Shown here: positions 8,761 to 17,147 of the stretch, in pieces
Position numbering within the stretch: position 1 is the first letter of the stretch
Layout: every line of letters begins with the position of its first letter
Source of the DNA: Minisyncoccota bacterium
GTDB lineage: Bacteria; Patescibacteriota; Minisyncoccia; Phycocordibacterales; UBA2100
NCBI GenBank assembly: GCA_018060545.1
Contig: JAGOVW010000001.1
Span: 61,203-125,202 of the forward strand
Direction of reading: 5' to 3'
DNA: 64,000 nt
Position numbers and translations under genes: made by a program
The notes under the pieces: model-generated
Told to the model about the DNA's origin: nothing
What the model saw: the letters and a program-made list of their open reading frames with translations, nothing else
The model's database searches: none

Positions 8761-9642
8761 ATGCAGACAAAGGTTATGAAACACGAGGCAGTAGCTACAC
8801 TTGCAACTCTCGCTCTCATTGTGGGAGTGTTTGCGGCAAGCGTCACCATCGCCTCAGCACAAGAAGACACAGGAGCAACACCGCCGCCTGTACCCCCCGC
8901 AACACGCCCTGCACCTGCTAAAATGCTCCGTGAAAAAGCACAGCAGGTAAAAGAAAACATCAAGGAGACGCGCGAAGGCATGAAGGAAGACCGAATGGAG
9001 ATCAAAGAAAAGCGCATGGACCTGAAGGAAGAGAACATGGGCGAACGAAAGGAATTCCGCGGTGACGTTAAGGAGGGTCGCAAAGAGATGAACGCCGACA
9101 TTAAGGCGAAGATGGATGCAGCTGCTACTCCTGAGGAGAAGCGAGCCGTCATGGAAGAAGCACGCGGCACGCGCGCAGAGTTCCGCGACGGAGTAAAGGA
9201 AGACCGAAAAGCACTGTTCGAAGAGAACAAGGGGCAGCGCCAAGAACTTCGACAAGAAGCTCGAGGCGTCATGGTAGAACACATGCGCCTTTCGATGAAG
9301 CGCCTCACTAACGCTATCGAGCGATTCACACAGATTATGGAGCGCATCGACTCACGTATCGCAAAACTCTCAGAGCAAGGTGCTGACACTGCAGCTGCTA
9401 CCGCAGCTGCACAAAGTGCTCATAGCGCAGTTGATACTGCATCAGCAGCAGTTGCTGAAGCTCAGGCCGCCATTGACGCCGCCGCTGGCGCAGAGGACCC
9501 AAAGGCTCAGCGAGAAGTGGTCCGCACAGCCATCAAAACAGCAGGTGATTCCGTAAAGGCAGCTCACATCGCTATAAAAGCAGCACTTGAGGCAGTGAAG
9601 GGTATCTCGAAGCCTGCAAGCACAAGTAGTGACACCAACTAA
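8761..9642 (+). CDS. Secreted low-complexity, charged, coiled-coil-like protein (signal peptide, then repetitive K/E/R-rich segments, then an Ala-rich C-terminus)
   Basis: N-terminal hydrophobic signal (VATLATLALIVGVFAASVTIASAQ). Repeated KE-x-R-x-E modules (MKEDRMEIKEKRMDLKEENMGERKEFRGDVKEGRKEM...). Confidence 0.55.
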   Translation: MQTKVMKHEAVATLATLALIVGVFAASVTIASAQEDTGATPPPVPPATRPAPAKMLREKAQQVKENIKETREGMKEDRMEIKEKRMDLKEENMGERKEFRGDVKEGRKEMNADIKAKMDAAATPEEKRAVMEEARGTRAEFRDGVKEDRKALFEENKGQRQELRQEARGVMVEHMRLSMKRLTNAIERFTQIMERIDSRIAKLSEQGADTAAATAAAQSAHSAVDTASAAVAEAQAAIDAAAGAEDPKAQREVVRTAIKTAGDSVKAAHIAIKAALEAVKGISKPASTSSDTN

Positions 9643-9658
9643 TAACTAGCATCGAGCC

Positions 9659-10021
9659 ATGGAACCGAACCAAACACCAAACACAACCCCTGTTGCAGCA
9701 CCGACACCTGCAACTCCGACTATTGCCCCAGAATCAAAGGGCGGCATAGGCCCTATTGTGGGTGCCGTCATCATCATTGCCCTTCTGATCTTTGGAGGAT
9801 TGTACTTCTGGGGTACTCAGATCGAGAAAGAGCAGACACCTGAGACGTTACCGATGATCTTGGGTGACCAGCCACAGGTGCAAGCTGCTCCTGTGCAGGA
9901 CAACACCGCACTATCTCCTTCCGACGAACCAGCTGCTATTGAAAAAGATGCAGATGATGCGTATATGGCGCAGCTTGAGGCAGACATTGATGCTGACCTT
10001 AAAGCAATCGAAGCATACTAG
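9659..10021 (+). CDS. Small single-pass membrane protein with a Pro/Thr/Ala-rich N-terminus; hypothetical
   Basis: One TM helix (IGPIVGAVIIIALLIFGGLYFWG); an acidic C-terminal tail. Confidence 0.45.
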   Translation: MEPNQTPNTTPVAAPTPATPTIAPESKGGIGPIVGAVIIIALLIFGGLYFWGTQIEKEQTPETLPMILGDQPQVQAAPVQDNTALSPSDEPAAIEKDADDAYMAQLEADIDADLKAIEAY

Positions 10022-10037
10022 GTACGACTGGGTGTTT

Positions 10038-10075
10038 AAAAAGAGCGACCGCCACAGTTGGCGGTCGCTCTTTTT
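10038..10075. terminator. Intrinsic terminator hairpin between the small membrane protein gene and tig
   Basis: aaaaagagcgaccgccacagttggcggtcgctcttttt. It overlaps the track's predicted tig start (10058), which argues for a later start. Confidence 0.6.
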
Positions 10076-10096
10076 GCTGCTATGCTCCAGTCCTGT

Positions 10097-11182
10097 ATGA
10101 CCGATCAAGACATAAAACACCACTGCATCAACGTCACGAAGACGGAAGATGTTCCCCATGCAACACTTGAAATCAAGGCTGAGTTGCCTTGGAGCGAGGT
10201 AGAGAAATACCGCGCAAAAGCGTTGCGCCGCTTACAGAAAGAAGCCTCAATGGACGGTTTCCGCAAAGGGCATGTTCCCGAAGCAATTATCCTCAAGAAT
10301 CTGGGAGAAGGTACGGTGCTACAAGAAACGGCCGACGTCGCGATTCAAGAGGAACTGCCACTTCTCTTGGCCGCTGAACGTGTGCCAGGCATATCAACTC
10401 CTCGTGTAAGCGTCACCAAGCTCGCTCCAGGCAACCCACTCGGTTTCACGGTATCAATTGAAGTGCTCCCGAAAATAGAATTGCCCGAGTACAAGAAACT
10501 CGCTGCAGCAGAGAATGCAAAGCGCACTACCGTCGAGGTAGGTGACAAGGAGGTGCAAGACGTGCTCCTCTACCTTCGCAAAGAGCGCGCCAAAATAGAG
10601 TTTATTGAGAAAGGAGAGAAACCAGAAGAAGCCGCTGAGAAAATAAAAGAATTGGAGGAAAAAGATTTGCCACCAATTGATGATGAATTTGTGAAAGGAC
10701 TTGGGTATGACAGTGCGGAAAAGTTCACCGAGAAACTCAAGAGCAACATTCAGACCGATAAGGAGGCGCAAGAAAAAGACAAGGTTCGCATCTCGATTAT
10801 CGACGCCATTCTTGCCAAAACCACGCTTGGCGTTCCCCACTCGCTCATCCATCACGAAATCGACAAGATGGAAGCTCAATTTGCAGACGACCTCGCTCGC
10901 GCAGGAACAAACCTTGAAGACTACCTAAAGAACATAAAGAAAACACACGAGGAGCTTCATCAGGAGTGGCACGAGCCAGCAGAAAAGCGCGCGAAGGTGC
11001 AACTCATCCTCGGTGACATCGCCATGAAGGAGGGCATCAAGGCAAACCCAGAGGAAGTCACAGCGCACATAACCCACACCATGAAGCATCACAAAGATGC
11101 GCAGGAACACAATGTCCGTGCCTACTTTGAGCACATGCTCAGGAACGAAGCGGTACTGAAGTGGCTTGAGGAGCAAAAGTAA
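10097..11182 (+). CDS. tig: Trigger factor (ribosome-binding and substrate-binding domains only; no obvious PPIase domain)
   Basis: GFRKGHVP ribosome-binding signature near the N-terminus. Start moved to MTDQDIK (10097), after the terminator. The ~360-aa length is typical of short CPR-type trigger factors. Confidence 0.8.
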   Translation: MTDQDIKHHCINVTKTEDVPHATLEIKAELPWSEVEKYRAKALRRLQKEASMDGFRKGHVPEAIILKNLGEGTVLQETADVAIQEELPLLLAAERVPGISTPRVSVTKLAPGNPLGFTVSIEVLPKIELPEYKKLAAAENAKRTTVEVGDKEVQDVLLYLRKERAKIEFIEKGEKPEEAAEKIKELEEKDLPPIDDEFVKGLGYDSAEKFTEKLKSNIQTDKEAQEKDKVRISIIDAILAKTTLGVPHSLIHHEIDKMEAQFADDLARAGTNLEDYLKNIKKTHEELHQEWHEPAEKRAKVQLILGDIAMKEGIKANPEEVTAHITHTMKHHKDAQEHNVRAYFEHMLRNEAVLKWLEEQK

Positions 11183-11281
11183 ACCTTCCCAAATTATAAA
11201 GGACCGACCTTTATAATTTGAAACAGCCGGCGCGCATGCGTGCCGGCTGTTTTCATGTCGTAAAAAGCCCATTCAATTTCA

Positions 11282-11926
11282 TTGGCAGCATACCGTGCCC
11301 CGTGTTACGCTCTTCTCATGGAAAACAGCAACATGCACAATCAACCAAGAGCTCAACTGGTCCCCATGGTCATTGAAAAGACGGGGATGGGTGAGCGAGC
11401 ATTCGATATTTACTCGCGCCTCCTTAAGGATCGCATCATATTCTTGGGCGGCCCCATCGACGACCACATTGCAAATCTCGTCATTGCTCAGCTCCTCTTT
11501 CTCGACTCCGAGGACCCAAAGAAGGATATATCTCTCTATATCAACTCCCCAGGTGGCGTGGTAACCGACGGTATGGCCATTATTGACACCATGAACCACA
11601 TTAAGGCCGACGTTTCCACTGTGTGTATCGGTATGGCAGCCTCGATGGGTGCGATGATTCTCTCATGCGGCGCTAAGGGCAAGCGATATGTCCTCCCCCA
11701 CGCAGAAGTGATGATCCACCAGCCACACGGCGGTGCCCAAGGGCAAGCATCAGACATTGAAATCAGTGCGAAACGCATCATCCGCATGCGCGAGGTCTTG
11801 GCTCAAATGCTTGCAAAAAACACTGGCCAGCCGCTCAAAAAGATCCAGACAGATATCGATCGCGACTTCTTCATGGAAGCCGAGGAGGCCGTAAAATACG
11901 GAATTGTCGACAAGGTTTTGAAGTAG
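11282..11926 (+). CDS. clpP: ATP-dependent Clp protease proteolytic subunit
   Basis: Catalytic Ser in [17 protein letters not shown], and the DRD/ERD region. The true start may be Met 11318 (MENSNMHNQ). No clpX follows. Confidence 0.9.
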   Translation: MAAYRAPCYALLMENSNMHNQPRAQLVPMVIEKTGMGERAFDIYSRLLKDRIIFLGGPIDDHIANLVIAQLLFLDSEDPKKDISLYINSPGGVVTDGMAIIDTMNHIKADVSTVCIGMAASMGAMILSCGAKGKRYVLPHAEVMIHQPHGGAQGQASDIEISAKRIIRMREVLAQMLAKNTGQPLKKIQTDIDRDFFMEAEEAVKYGIVDKVLK

Positions 11927-11944
11927 GCCCCTGCCTCACTTTTC

Positions 11945-11984
11945 CCAATTAATCCCCTCGTGCGTCCACGAGGGGATTAATTGG
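11945..11984. terminator. Terminator hairpin after clpP
   Basis: ccaattaatcccctcgtgcgtccacgaggggattaattgg. Confidence 0.55.
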
Positions 11985-12137
11985 CTTTCACGAACCGCTG
12001 CGGTATACTGAAAACACAGTTATCTAAAAATTAAGTAAAATCGCGTGCGCCTAGAATATGACGTTTATACAGCAAATCCTCAGTTTTTCCCGAAAAATCG
12101 CGTGTAAACCGTAGTCTTGTCGTGCGCCTAAAGGCGT

Positions 12138-13667
12138 ATGTCATTAAAAGTTGCCCTCATGCTCGTCGCCCTATCAGGGGTGATTGGTATTGCATTTGGT
12201 TATTTTTTGCGATGGATTATTAGTCTGGGGAAGCGCGGCTCGATGGAGCTTGAAATCAAGCAGATGCGGCTTGAGGCTCAAGAAGAGGCACAGCGCGTGA
12301 CTGAGAAAGCTGAGCACGAAGCAAAGGAGCGCACCGAGAAGTCGGAAGCTGAACGCAGGGAAAAAGAGCGCGACCTCAAAAAGACTGAGGATCGGCTAGT
12401 TGAGCGCGAGAAATTGCTTGATAAGCGCCAGCAAAACCTCGATTCAGAGCAATCAGAACTCAAAAACAAGATTGAAGAAGTGAAGAAACTCAAGGAGCGT
12501 GTTGATGGTATGGCCGCAGAGAGAGCTCAGGCATTGGAAAAGGTGGCACAGCTGGACAAGGAGGAGGCAAAAGTTGAGCTGATGCGAACCATTGAAAAGC
12601 AATACGAGGAGGATCTCCTCTCTCGCATCCACAAAATGGAAATCTCAGGGCGTGAAAAACTCGAGGCGAAAGCGCGCGATATCTTGGTTACTGCCGTGCA
12701 TCGTATCGGCAATTCCATGACCGCCGACATTCTTTCGACGACAGTACAGCTTCCTAACGAAGAAATTAAAGGGAAAATCATTGGAAAGGAAGGGCGAAAC
12801 ATTCGCGCATTTGAGCGTGCAACAGGGGTTGACGTTATCGTTGACGACACACCGGGCACGATTACCCTGTCGTCTTTCGACCCAGCACGGCGCCAGGTGG
12901 CACGCGTAGCGCTTGAGAACTTGATCATGGACGGCCGTATACAACCAGCGCGTATCGAAGAGGTGGTTCAGAAGGCGCACGAGGAAATCAGCCAGATTAT
13001 GAAGAAGAAGGGCGAAGAAGCAGCGTTTGAGGCTCGCGTCACCAACCTTGACCCCAAACTCGTGCAAATACTTGGTCGTCTCTACTTCCGTACCAGTTAT
13101 GGGCAAAATGTTCTTGCACACTCAGTGGAAATGAGCCATGTTGCCGCAATTTTGGCAGAGGAATTGGGAGCCAATGTTGCCATCGCACGTGCGGGGGCAT
13201 TGTTCCACGACATCGGAAAGGCCGTTGACCACGAGGTCCCCGGCACGCACGTCGAAATCGGTCGCCGCATACTCCAGAAGTTCAATGTGGACGAGCGCAT
13301 AATCCTTGCTATGCAGGCACACCATGAGGAATACCCGTACGAGACACCGGAGAGCATGATTGTGCAGGTTGCCGACGCACTTTCAGGCGCCCGCCCAGGT
13401 GCACGCCGTGACTCAGTCGAGCAGTACATCAAGCGCCTTGAAGATCTGGAGGCAATTGCTAAGCGCCAGAAAGGCATCGACAAAGTCTACGCCATCCAGG
13501 CTGGCCGCGAAGTTCGTGTCTTTGTACGCCCGGAAGAGATATCAGACCTCGAAGCACGCGATATGGCTCGCGCAATTGCTCTCGATATCGAGAGCGAGAT
13601 GCAGTATCCAGGTGAAATCAAGGTACACGTCATCCGTGAGAACCGCGTTATTGAATTTGCACGCTAG
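12138..13667 (+). CDS. rny: Ribonuclease Y (N-terminal TM anchor, KH and HD domains)
   Basis: TM segment LSGVIGIAFGYFL; KH domain (GKIIGKEGRNIRAFE); HD domain (HSVEMSHVAAILAEELG...ALFHDIGK). Confidence 0.9.
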   Translation: MSLKVALMLVALSGVIGIAFGYFLRWIISLGKRGSMELEIKQMRLEAQEEAQRVTEKAEHEAKERTEKSEAERREKERDLKKTEDRLVEREKLLDKRQQNLDSEQSELKNKIEEVKKLKERVDGMAAERAQALEKVAQLDKEEAKVELMRTIEKQYEEDLLSRIHKMEISGREKLEAKARDILVTAVHRIGNSMTADILSTTVQLPNEEIKGKIIGKEGRNIRAFERATGVDVIVDDTPGTITLSSFDPARRQVARVALENLIMDGRIQPARIEEVVQKAHEEISQIMKKKGEEAAFEARVTNLDPKLVQILGRLYFRTSYGQNVLAHSVEMSHVAAILAEELGANVAIARAGALFHDIGKAVDHEVPGTHVEIGRRILQKFNVDERIILAMQAHHEEYPYETPESMIVQVADALSGARPGARRDSVEQYIKRLEDLEAIAKRQKGIDKVYAIQAGREVRVFVRPEEISDLEARDMARAIALDIESEMQYPGEIKVHVIRENRVIEFAR

Positions 13668-13684
13668 TGCATCTGATCCGTTTT

Positions 13685-13719
13685 GTGAGAAAACCCCGGC
13701 TAGGCCGGGGTTTTCTCAC
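13685..13719. terminator. Terminator hairpin after rny
   Basis: gtgagaaaaccccggctaggccggggttttctcac. Confidence 0.6.
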
Positions 13720-13739
13720 ACCTGAATCCACATGCACAG

Positions 13740-14078
13740 ATGCGCCATGGTATGCTCGTACTCATGAACCCAACAGACATGAGTGGCGACGACCTGTGCG
13801 AGCAGCCTATCTTGCAACCGGCCGAACTAAGAGCACTTGTGGGGCTCGCAGGCATGGCCCTGGTACTCCTGGTTGGGATTCGAGCAGTAAGTCCACTTTC
13901 AACCACGAATGCGCTACCAGCCGCAGCGGCAGCACCCGTGCAATCCCCCACTCATATTATCGACCCTCACGAAGATGCACCGCTCGAATGGGTTCCCATC
14001 ACAACATCGATAGAAGAGGACGTTGAAGCAACGACAACCACAGAAACAGTTCTCCCCGTAGTTACTGACATTAACTAA
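13740..14078 (+). CDS. Hypothetical small membrane protein
   Basis: One hydrophobic helix (LVGLAGMALVLLVGI); a Thr/Glu-rich tail; the start is uncertain. Confidence 0.3.
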   Translation: MRHGMLVLMNPTDMSGDDLCEQPILQPAELRALVGLAGMALVLLVGIRAVSPLSTTNALPAAAAAPVQSPTHIIDPHEDAPLEWVPITTSIEEDVEATTTTETVLPVVTDIN

Positions 14079-14638
14079 CGGTTTGTTTTTGCCGCAATGA
14101 AAGTGGTGTAATTGAACTTTAGGTCTTGAATACCTTCGTCAAGTACGTCTAATCCATACAAATCAGCCGCACCTTTTGACGCGATGGCCGCAGTAGTTGG
14201 GGGAAGTATGCCGTTCTTTATGTCTTTTGCGGCAAGCGCCGTGTCGGCATACACCTGAATATCGACATGGGGCCACACACGTTTAAGGTACATGCGGCAC
14301 TGTTTTATCGCTTGATCGTGCGAAGTAATAACGGTGATGTCGGCGGCCTTCATCCCTGGAAACACTAGAAGATTGTGTTTTACTTCAATTTCGAACATTT
14401 TCTCAATATCGAAGTTATGCTTCGACATTGCGTGCACCGCCTCTAATACAATACCTCCGTTACTGTTTTCAATCGGAAAAATACCACGATCTATGGCACC
14501 GCTCTCAAGAGCGGAGAGTACGCGTTCGGCATTGACGAGATAGTCAATTTCGCAAGCAAATGAAGGGTTTTCTGAGCAATAGGTTCGCGCCGCCTGTTCG
14601 CTAAAACTTCCCTGCTCTCCCATGATTCCAATTTTCAT
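14075..14638 (-). CDS. pheA: Prephenate dehydratase catalytic domain (no ACT regulatory domain)
   Basis: MKIGIMGEQGSFSEQAA N-terminus, typical of PDT; ~187 aa; the start is taken at the Met 6 codons inside the track ORF. Confidence 0.65.
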   Translation of the reverse strand: MKIGIMGEQGSFSEQAARTYCSENPSFACEIDYLVNAERVLSALESGAIDRGIFPIENSNGGIVLEAVHAMSKHNFDIEKMFEIEVKHNLLVFPGMKAADITVITSHDQAIKQCRMYLKRVWPHVDIQVYADTALAAKDIKNGILPPTTAAIASKGAADLYGLDVLDEGIQDLKFNYTTFIAAKTNR

Positions 14639-14817
14639 ACCGAAAAAGTCTACCACATTAGCTCACGGATAATCTTTAAGAGAGATTAGACAATAGATTT
14701 GCATAAAAATCACTATTCACACCTGATTTTCCGCAGGGTTGACACGTATTTCAGTATGGCAAAGAATGAGGGCATCCTCGGGGTCGAGATTAATGGGAGT
14801 TATATTCAACAAAATCT

Positions 14818-15090
14818 ATGAACAAAGCAGACCTTATCGACAAGATTGCTGAAAAGTGCGGCTGCACAAAAGCAGACGCAGAACGAATGATGGATGTGGT
14901 ACTGGATACCATTACGGGAACCCTAAAGAAAGGCGACGAAGTTGCGATTGCAGGATTGGGCAAGTTTACCGCACGCATGCGTGCTGCCCGTGAAGGCCGC
15001 AACCCGCGCACTGGAGAATCTGTTCAGATTCCATCTATGCGCGTTCCGAAGTTTAGCGCCTCAAAAACGCTAAAAGACGCGGTTAAATAA
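14818..15090 (+). CDS. hup: DNA-binding protein HU
   Basis: MNKADLIDKIAEK...GLGKFTARMRAAREGRNPRTGESVQIP; an HU/IHF-fold signature. Confidence 0.9.
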   Translation: MNKADLIDKIAEKCGCTKADAERMMDVVLDTITGTLKKGDEVAIAGLGKFTARMRAAREGRNPRTGESVQIPSMRVPKFSASKTLKDAVK

Positions 15091-15103
15091 GTATCTCGCG
15101 CGA

Positions 15104-15142
15104 GAAAACACGACAACTGCCTTTGGCAGTTGTCGTGTTTTC
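15104..15142. terminator. Terminator hairpin after hup
   Basis: gaaaacacgacaactgcctttggcagttgtcgtgttttc. Confidence 0.6.
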
Positions 15143-15390
15143 TGTAACACATCGTCAGCACGTACCCACCATGAGAGTGGTGGTATACTAGAACGAGCTT
15201 GCAATGGCAAGCTAGATGTTTATCAGCACCGCAATCTTCTCGGGGGTTGCTGAATAAATCTTTTGACTATGGATGAACAAAATACGTGCGCATGTATGGC
15301 CGTTGAAGGCCACGAGGGGAGCACTTGTGCTTGTGATTGCCACAAGGAAGCCCCAGCTGAGACCCCTGTCGTCTAGACGACAGTAGTAAG

Positions 15391-15425
15391 AAAAGACGAC
15401 AGTTCTGCTGTCGTCTTTTCTTTTT
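15391..15425. terminator. Strong intrinsic terminator that closes a ~250-nt non-coding interval (candidate sRNA 3' end)
   Basis: aaaagacgacag-ttctg-ctgtcgtctttt followed by a ctttttt run. Confidence 0.55.
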
Positions 15426-15428
15426 ACG

Positions 15429-15449
15429 GTGCGAGGTGGGAGAATCGGC
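15429..15449 (-). repeat. ~19-nt duplicate of the 3' end (T-arm and acceptor) of the nearby tRNA-Gly(TCC) gene. Possible integration att-site scar or pseudo-tRNA fragment
   Basis: Plus-strand gtgcgAggtgggagaatcgG here, against gtgcgGggtgggagaatcgA in the tRNA gene at 15624-15643 (1 mismatch in the 19-nt core). Confidence 0.5.
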
Positions 15450-15484
15450 GCAACTCACTAGTCTCTCGCAAGCTTCGCGCTCGA

Positions 15485-15549
15485 GAAAGTGGTTCCTGCC
15501 CTGGCTCGCTCGTTTTCTACCTCGCAACGCTCGGTATTCATTCGAGCTC
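15485..15549. repeat. Conserved ~60-nt element, copy 1 (the second copy is at 22258-22320). It is adjacent to a tRNA locus; function unknown
   Basis: gaaagtggttcctgccctggctcgctcgttttctacctcgcaacgctcggtattcattcgagc. It is ~80% identical by eye to the 22258 copy, in the same orientation. Confidence 0.5.
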
Positions 15550-15623
15550 CACCTTTCGATTCCCAACCTATCGCTACAGAAACAAAGTCGCCCTACATGT
15601 ACATGTAGAGCTTACTGTTTCAG

Positions 15624-15694
15624 TGCGGGGTGGGAGAATCGAACTCCCGACAAAAGTTTGGAAAACTCTCGTTTTACCACTAAACTAACCCCGC
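15624..15694 (-). tRNA. tRNA-Gly (anticodon UCC)
   Basis: Minus-strand GCGGGGTTAGTTTAGTGGTAAAACGAGAGTTTTCCAAACTTTTGTCGGGAGTTCGATTCTCCCACCCCGCA. The cloverleaf can be drawn (acceptor 7 bp, D-stem GTTT/AAAC, anticodon loop TTTCCAA, T-loop TTCGATT). CCA is not encoded. Confidence 0.85.
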
Positions 15695-15728
15695 AATTCG
15701 CACGTGTAGAGAGAATACACTACGGGCC

Positions 15729-15765
15729 GCAAAAACCAAAGGACCCTCGATGGGTCCTTTGGTTT
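15729..15765. terminator. Terminator hairpin for the small acidic ORF on the minus strand
   Basis: aaaaaccaaaggaccctcgatgggtcctttggttttc; a perfect 13-bp stem. Confidence 0.55.
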
Positions 15766-15773
15766 TCATTCCC

Positions 15774-15926
15774 TTATTCATCATCTTCCTCCTCATCAAA
15801 ATCCCCCATCAGAGGATCATCCTCGTCGGAAAGAGGCAAATCCTCGTCGCCCAAGAGGCCAGCAGCACCCTCCGGCATATCGATATCTTCTTCCTTCTCT
15901 TGAAGATCTTTTTCGTCGTCCGCCAT
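15774..15926 (-). CDS. Candidate 50-aa highly acidic small protein (MADDEKDLQEKEEDIDMPEGAAGLLGDEDLPLSDEDDPLMGDFDEEEDDE)
   Basis: ATG...TAA on the minus strand with a dedicated downstream hairpin. Below the track's size cutoff. The overlapping plus-strand ORFs (15436..15903, 15750..16034) look spurious. Confidence 0.3.
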   Translation of the reverse strand: MADDEKDLQEKEEDIDMPEGAAGLLGDEDLPLSDEDDPLMGDFDEEEDDE

Positions 15927-16061
15927 AGCACAAAAGAATTATTTGCTAAGCCTGCGAGCAGGCAGTCGTATTGTATGAATCAAAATGCTGCGGTCAAGCC
16001 CCCATCTCCACAGGTAACCCCACGCTTTGCATAGAGCAGCGCTCTGTGTCAATAATGAAGG

Positions 16062-17147
16062 ATGCATTCGCGCATTTTCCTCCTCTTTCTCGTGACCGTC
16101 GCAACAGCAGCGCTACTGTACCCTAGTGAATTATCTCGTCACACCTCTCTTGAAAGCCCGACGCCTGCGGTTGTGGCTGCAGCGACTATTGCCACAGGAC
16201 CAGCAAGGACCCCCGAACCAGCCGTCGACACCACGAGCGCAGCAGCCCCCGAGCAAAGCACCCGAGTGACTGTTGCTGAGCCTCTCCATCAAACGCCCGC
16301 CCTTGATCTCGCAGTTGTGAACGAGCGGACGCGAGCCGCCGTAGTGAATATTCTCTGCACGGCGACAGGAAATGACTTAAACCCCGTAAGCGGAAGTGGT
16401 GTGATTATAGATGGAAAAGGCACCGTTCTGACCAACGCGCACATAGGGCAATATGTGCTTCTTCAAGACGCATCGCCCATCGACATGGAATGTACGGTAC
16501 GAACCGGCTCCCCTGCCAAAACAATGTGGAAACCTCGCCTGCTCTACATTTCCGAGACATGGATTGCCAAGCATGCACAGGATATACGGACTGTCCGCCC
16601 CACAGGGACCGGCGAAAACGATTTCGCACTACTTGCTCTAGAGGCTATCGATACTCCGCTCTCTCTCCCTCTCCCCTTTGTGACACCGGACGTACGGGAT
16701 GGAGTGATCGTGACGGGAGAACAAGCACTTGCAGCAAGCTACCCCGCTGGTTTCGCTGGTGCTGTCACTATCTATAACCAACTATCACTCACCTCAACGG
16801 TTGCGACCATAAAAAGACTCTACACATTTTCTGAGCAAACAATCGATTTACTTTCTCTTGGTGGCATCATATTAGCGCAACAAGGGTCTTCGGGTGGCGC
16901 GCTTGTAGATTCATGGGGTAACCTCGTCGGCCTTATTGTCACCTCGAGCGATGCCATAACCACTTCTGAAAGAGATCTTAGAGCATTAACTCTTTCGCAC
17001 ATCAACCGTATTCTGACCGAAGAAACGGGCGTCAGTCTTGCCACCCACCTCGCACGTGACCCACGCGCAGGTGCTGTTCGTTATCGAGAAAACAAAGGGC
17101 TCTCTTTGGCAGCCGTACTCACTGCAGCAGTGTTTGCAGCTCCCTAG
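16062..17147 (+). CDS. Secreted trypsin-like serine protease (S1 family, HtrA-like, no PDZ domain)
   Basis: Signal peptide. Catalytic triad contexts TNAHI (His), NDFALLAL (Asp) and GSSGGALV (Ser). Confidence 0.75.
   Translation: MHSRIFLLFLVTVATAALLYPSELSRHTSLESPTPAVVAAATIATGPARTPEPAVDTTSAAAPEQSTRVTVAEPLHQTPALDLAVVNERTRAAVVNILCTATGNDLNPVSGSGVIIDGKGTVLTNAHIGQYVLLQDASPIDMECTVRTGSPAKTMWKPRLLYISETWIAKHAQDIRTVRPTGTGENDFALLALEAIDTPLSLPLPFVTPDVRDGVIVTGEQALAASYPAGFAGAVTIYNQLSLTSTVATIKRLYTFSEQTIDLLSLGGIILAQQGSSGGALVDSWGNLVGLIVTSSDAITTSERDLRALTLSHINRILTEETGVSLATHLARDPRAGAVRYRENKGLSLAAVLTAAVFAAP

Noticed and set aside
8739-9389. 216-aa and 142-aa minus-strand ORFs antisense to the secreted charged-repeat protein gene
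   Set aside because: They translate to low-complexity Ser/Arg/Cys-rich sequence. They lie entirely inside the better-supported plus-strand gene and have no RBS, so they are artefacts of the repetitive GA-rich coding strand
15436-16034. Plus-strand ORFs 15436..15903 (155 aa) and 15750..16034 (94 aa)
   Set aside because: They overlap the tRNA-Gly gene, the conserved repeat and terminator hairpins. Their composition is low-complexity (Ser/Pro/Arg-rich), so they are spurious
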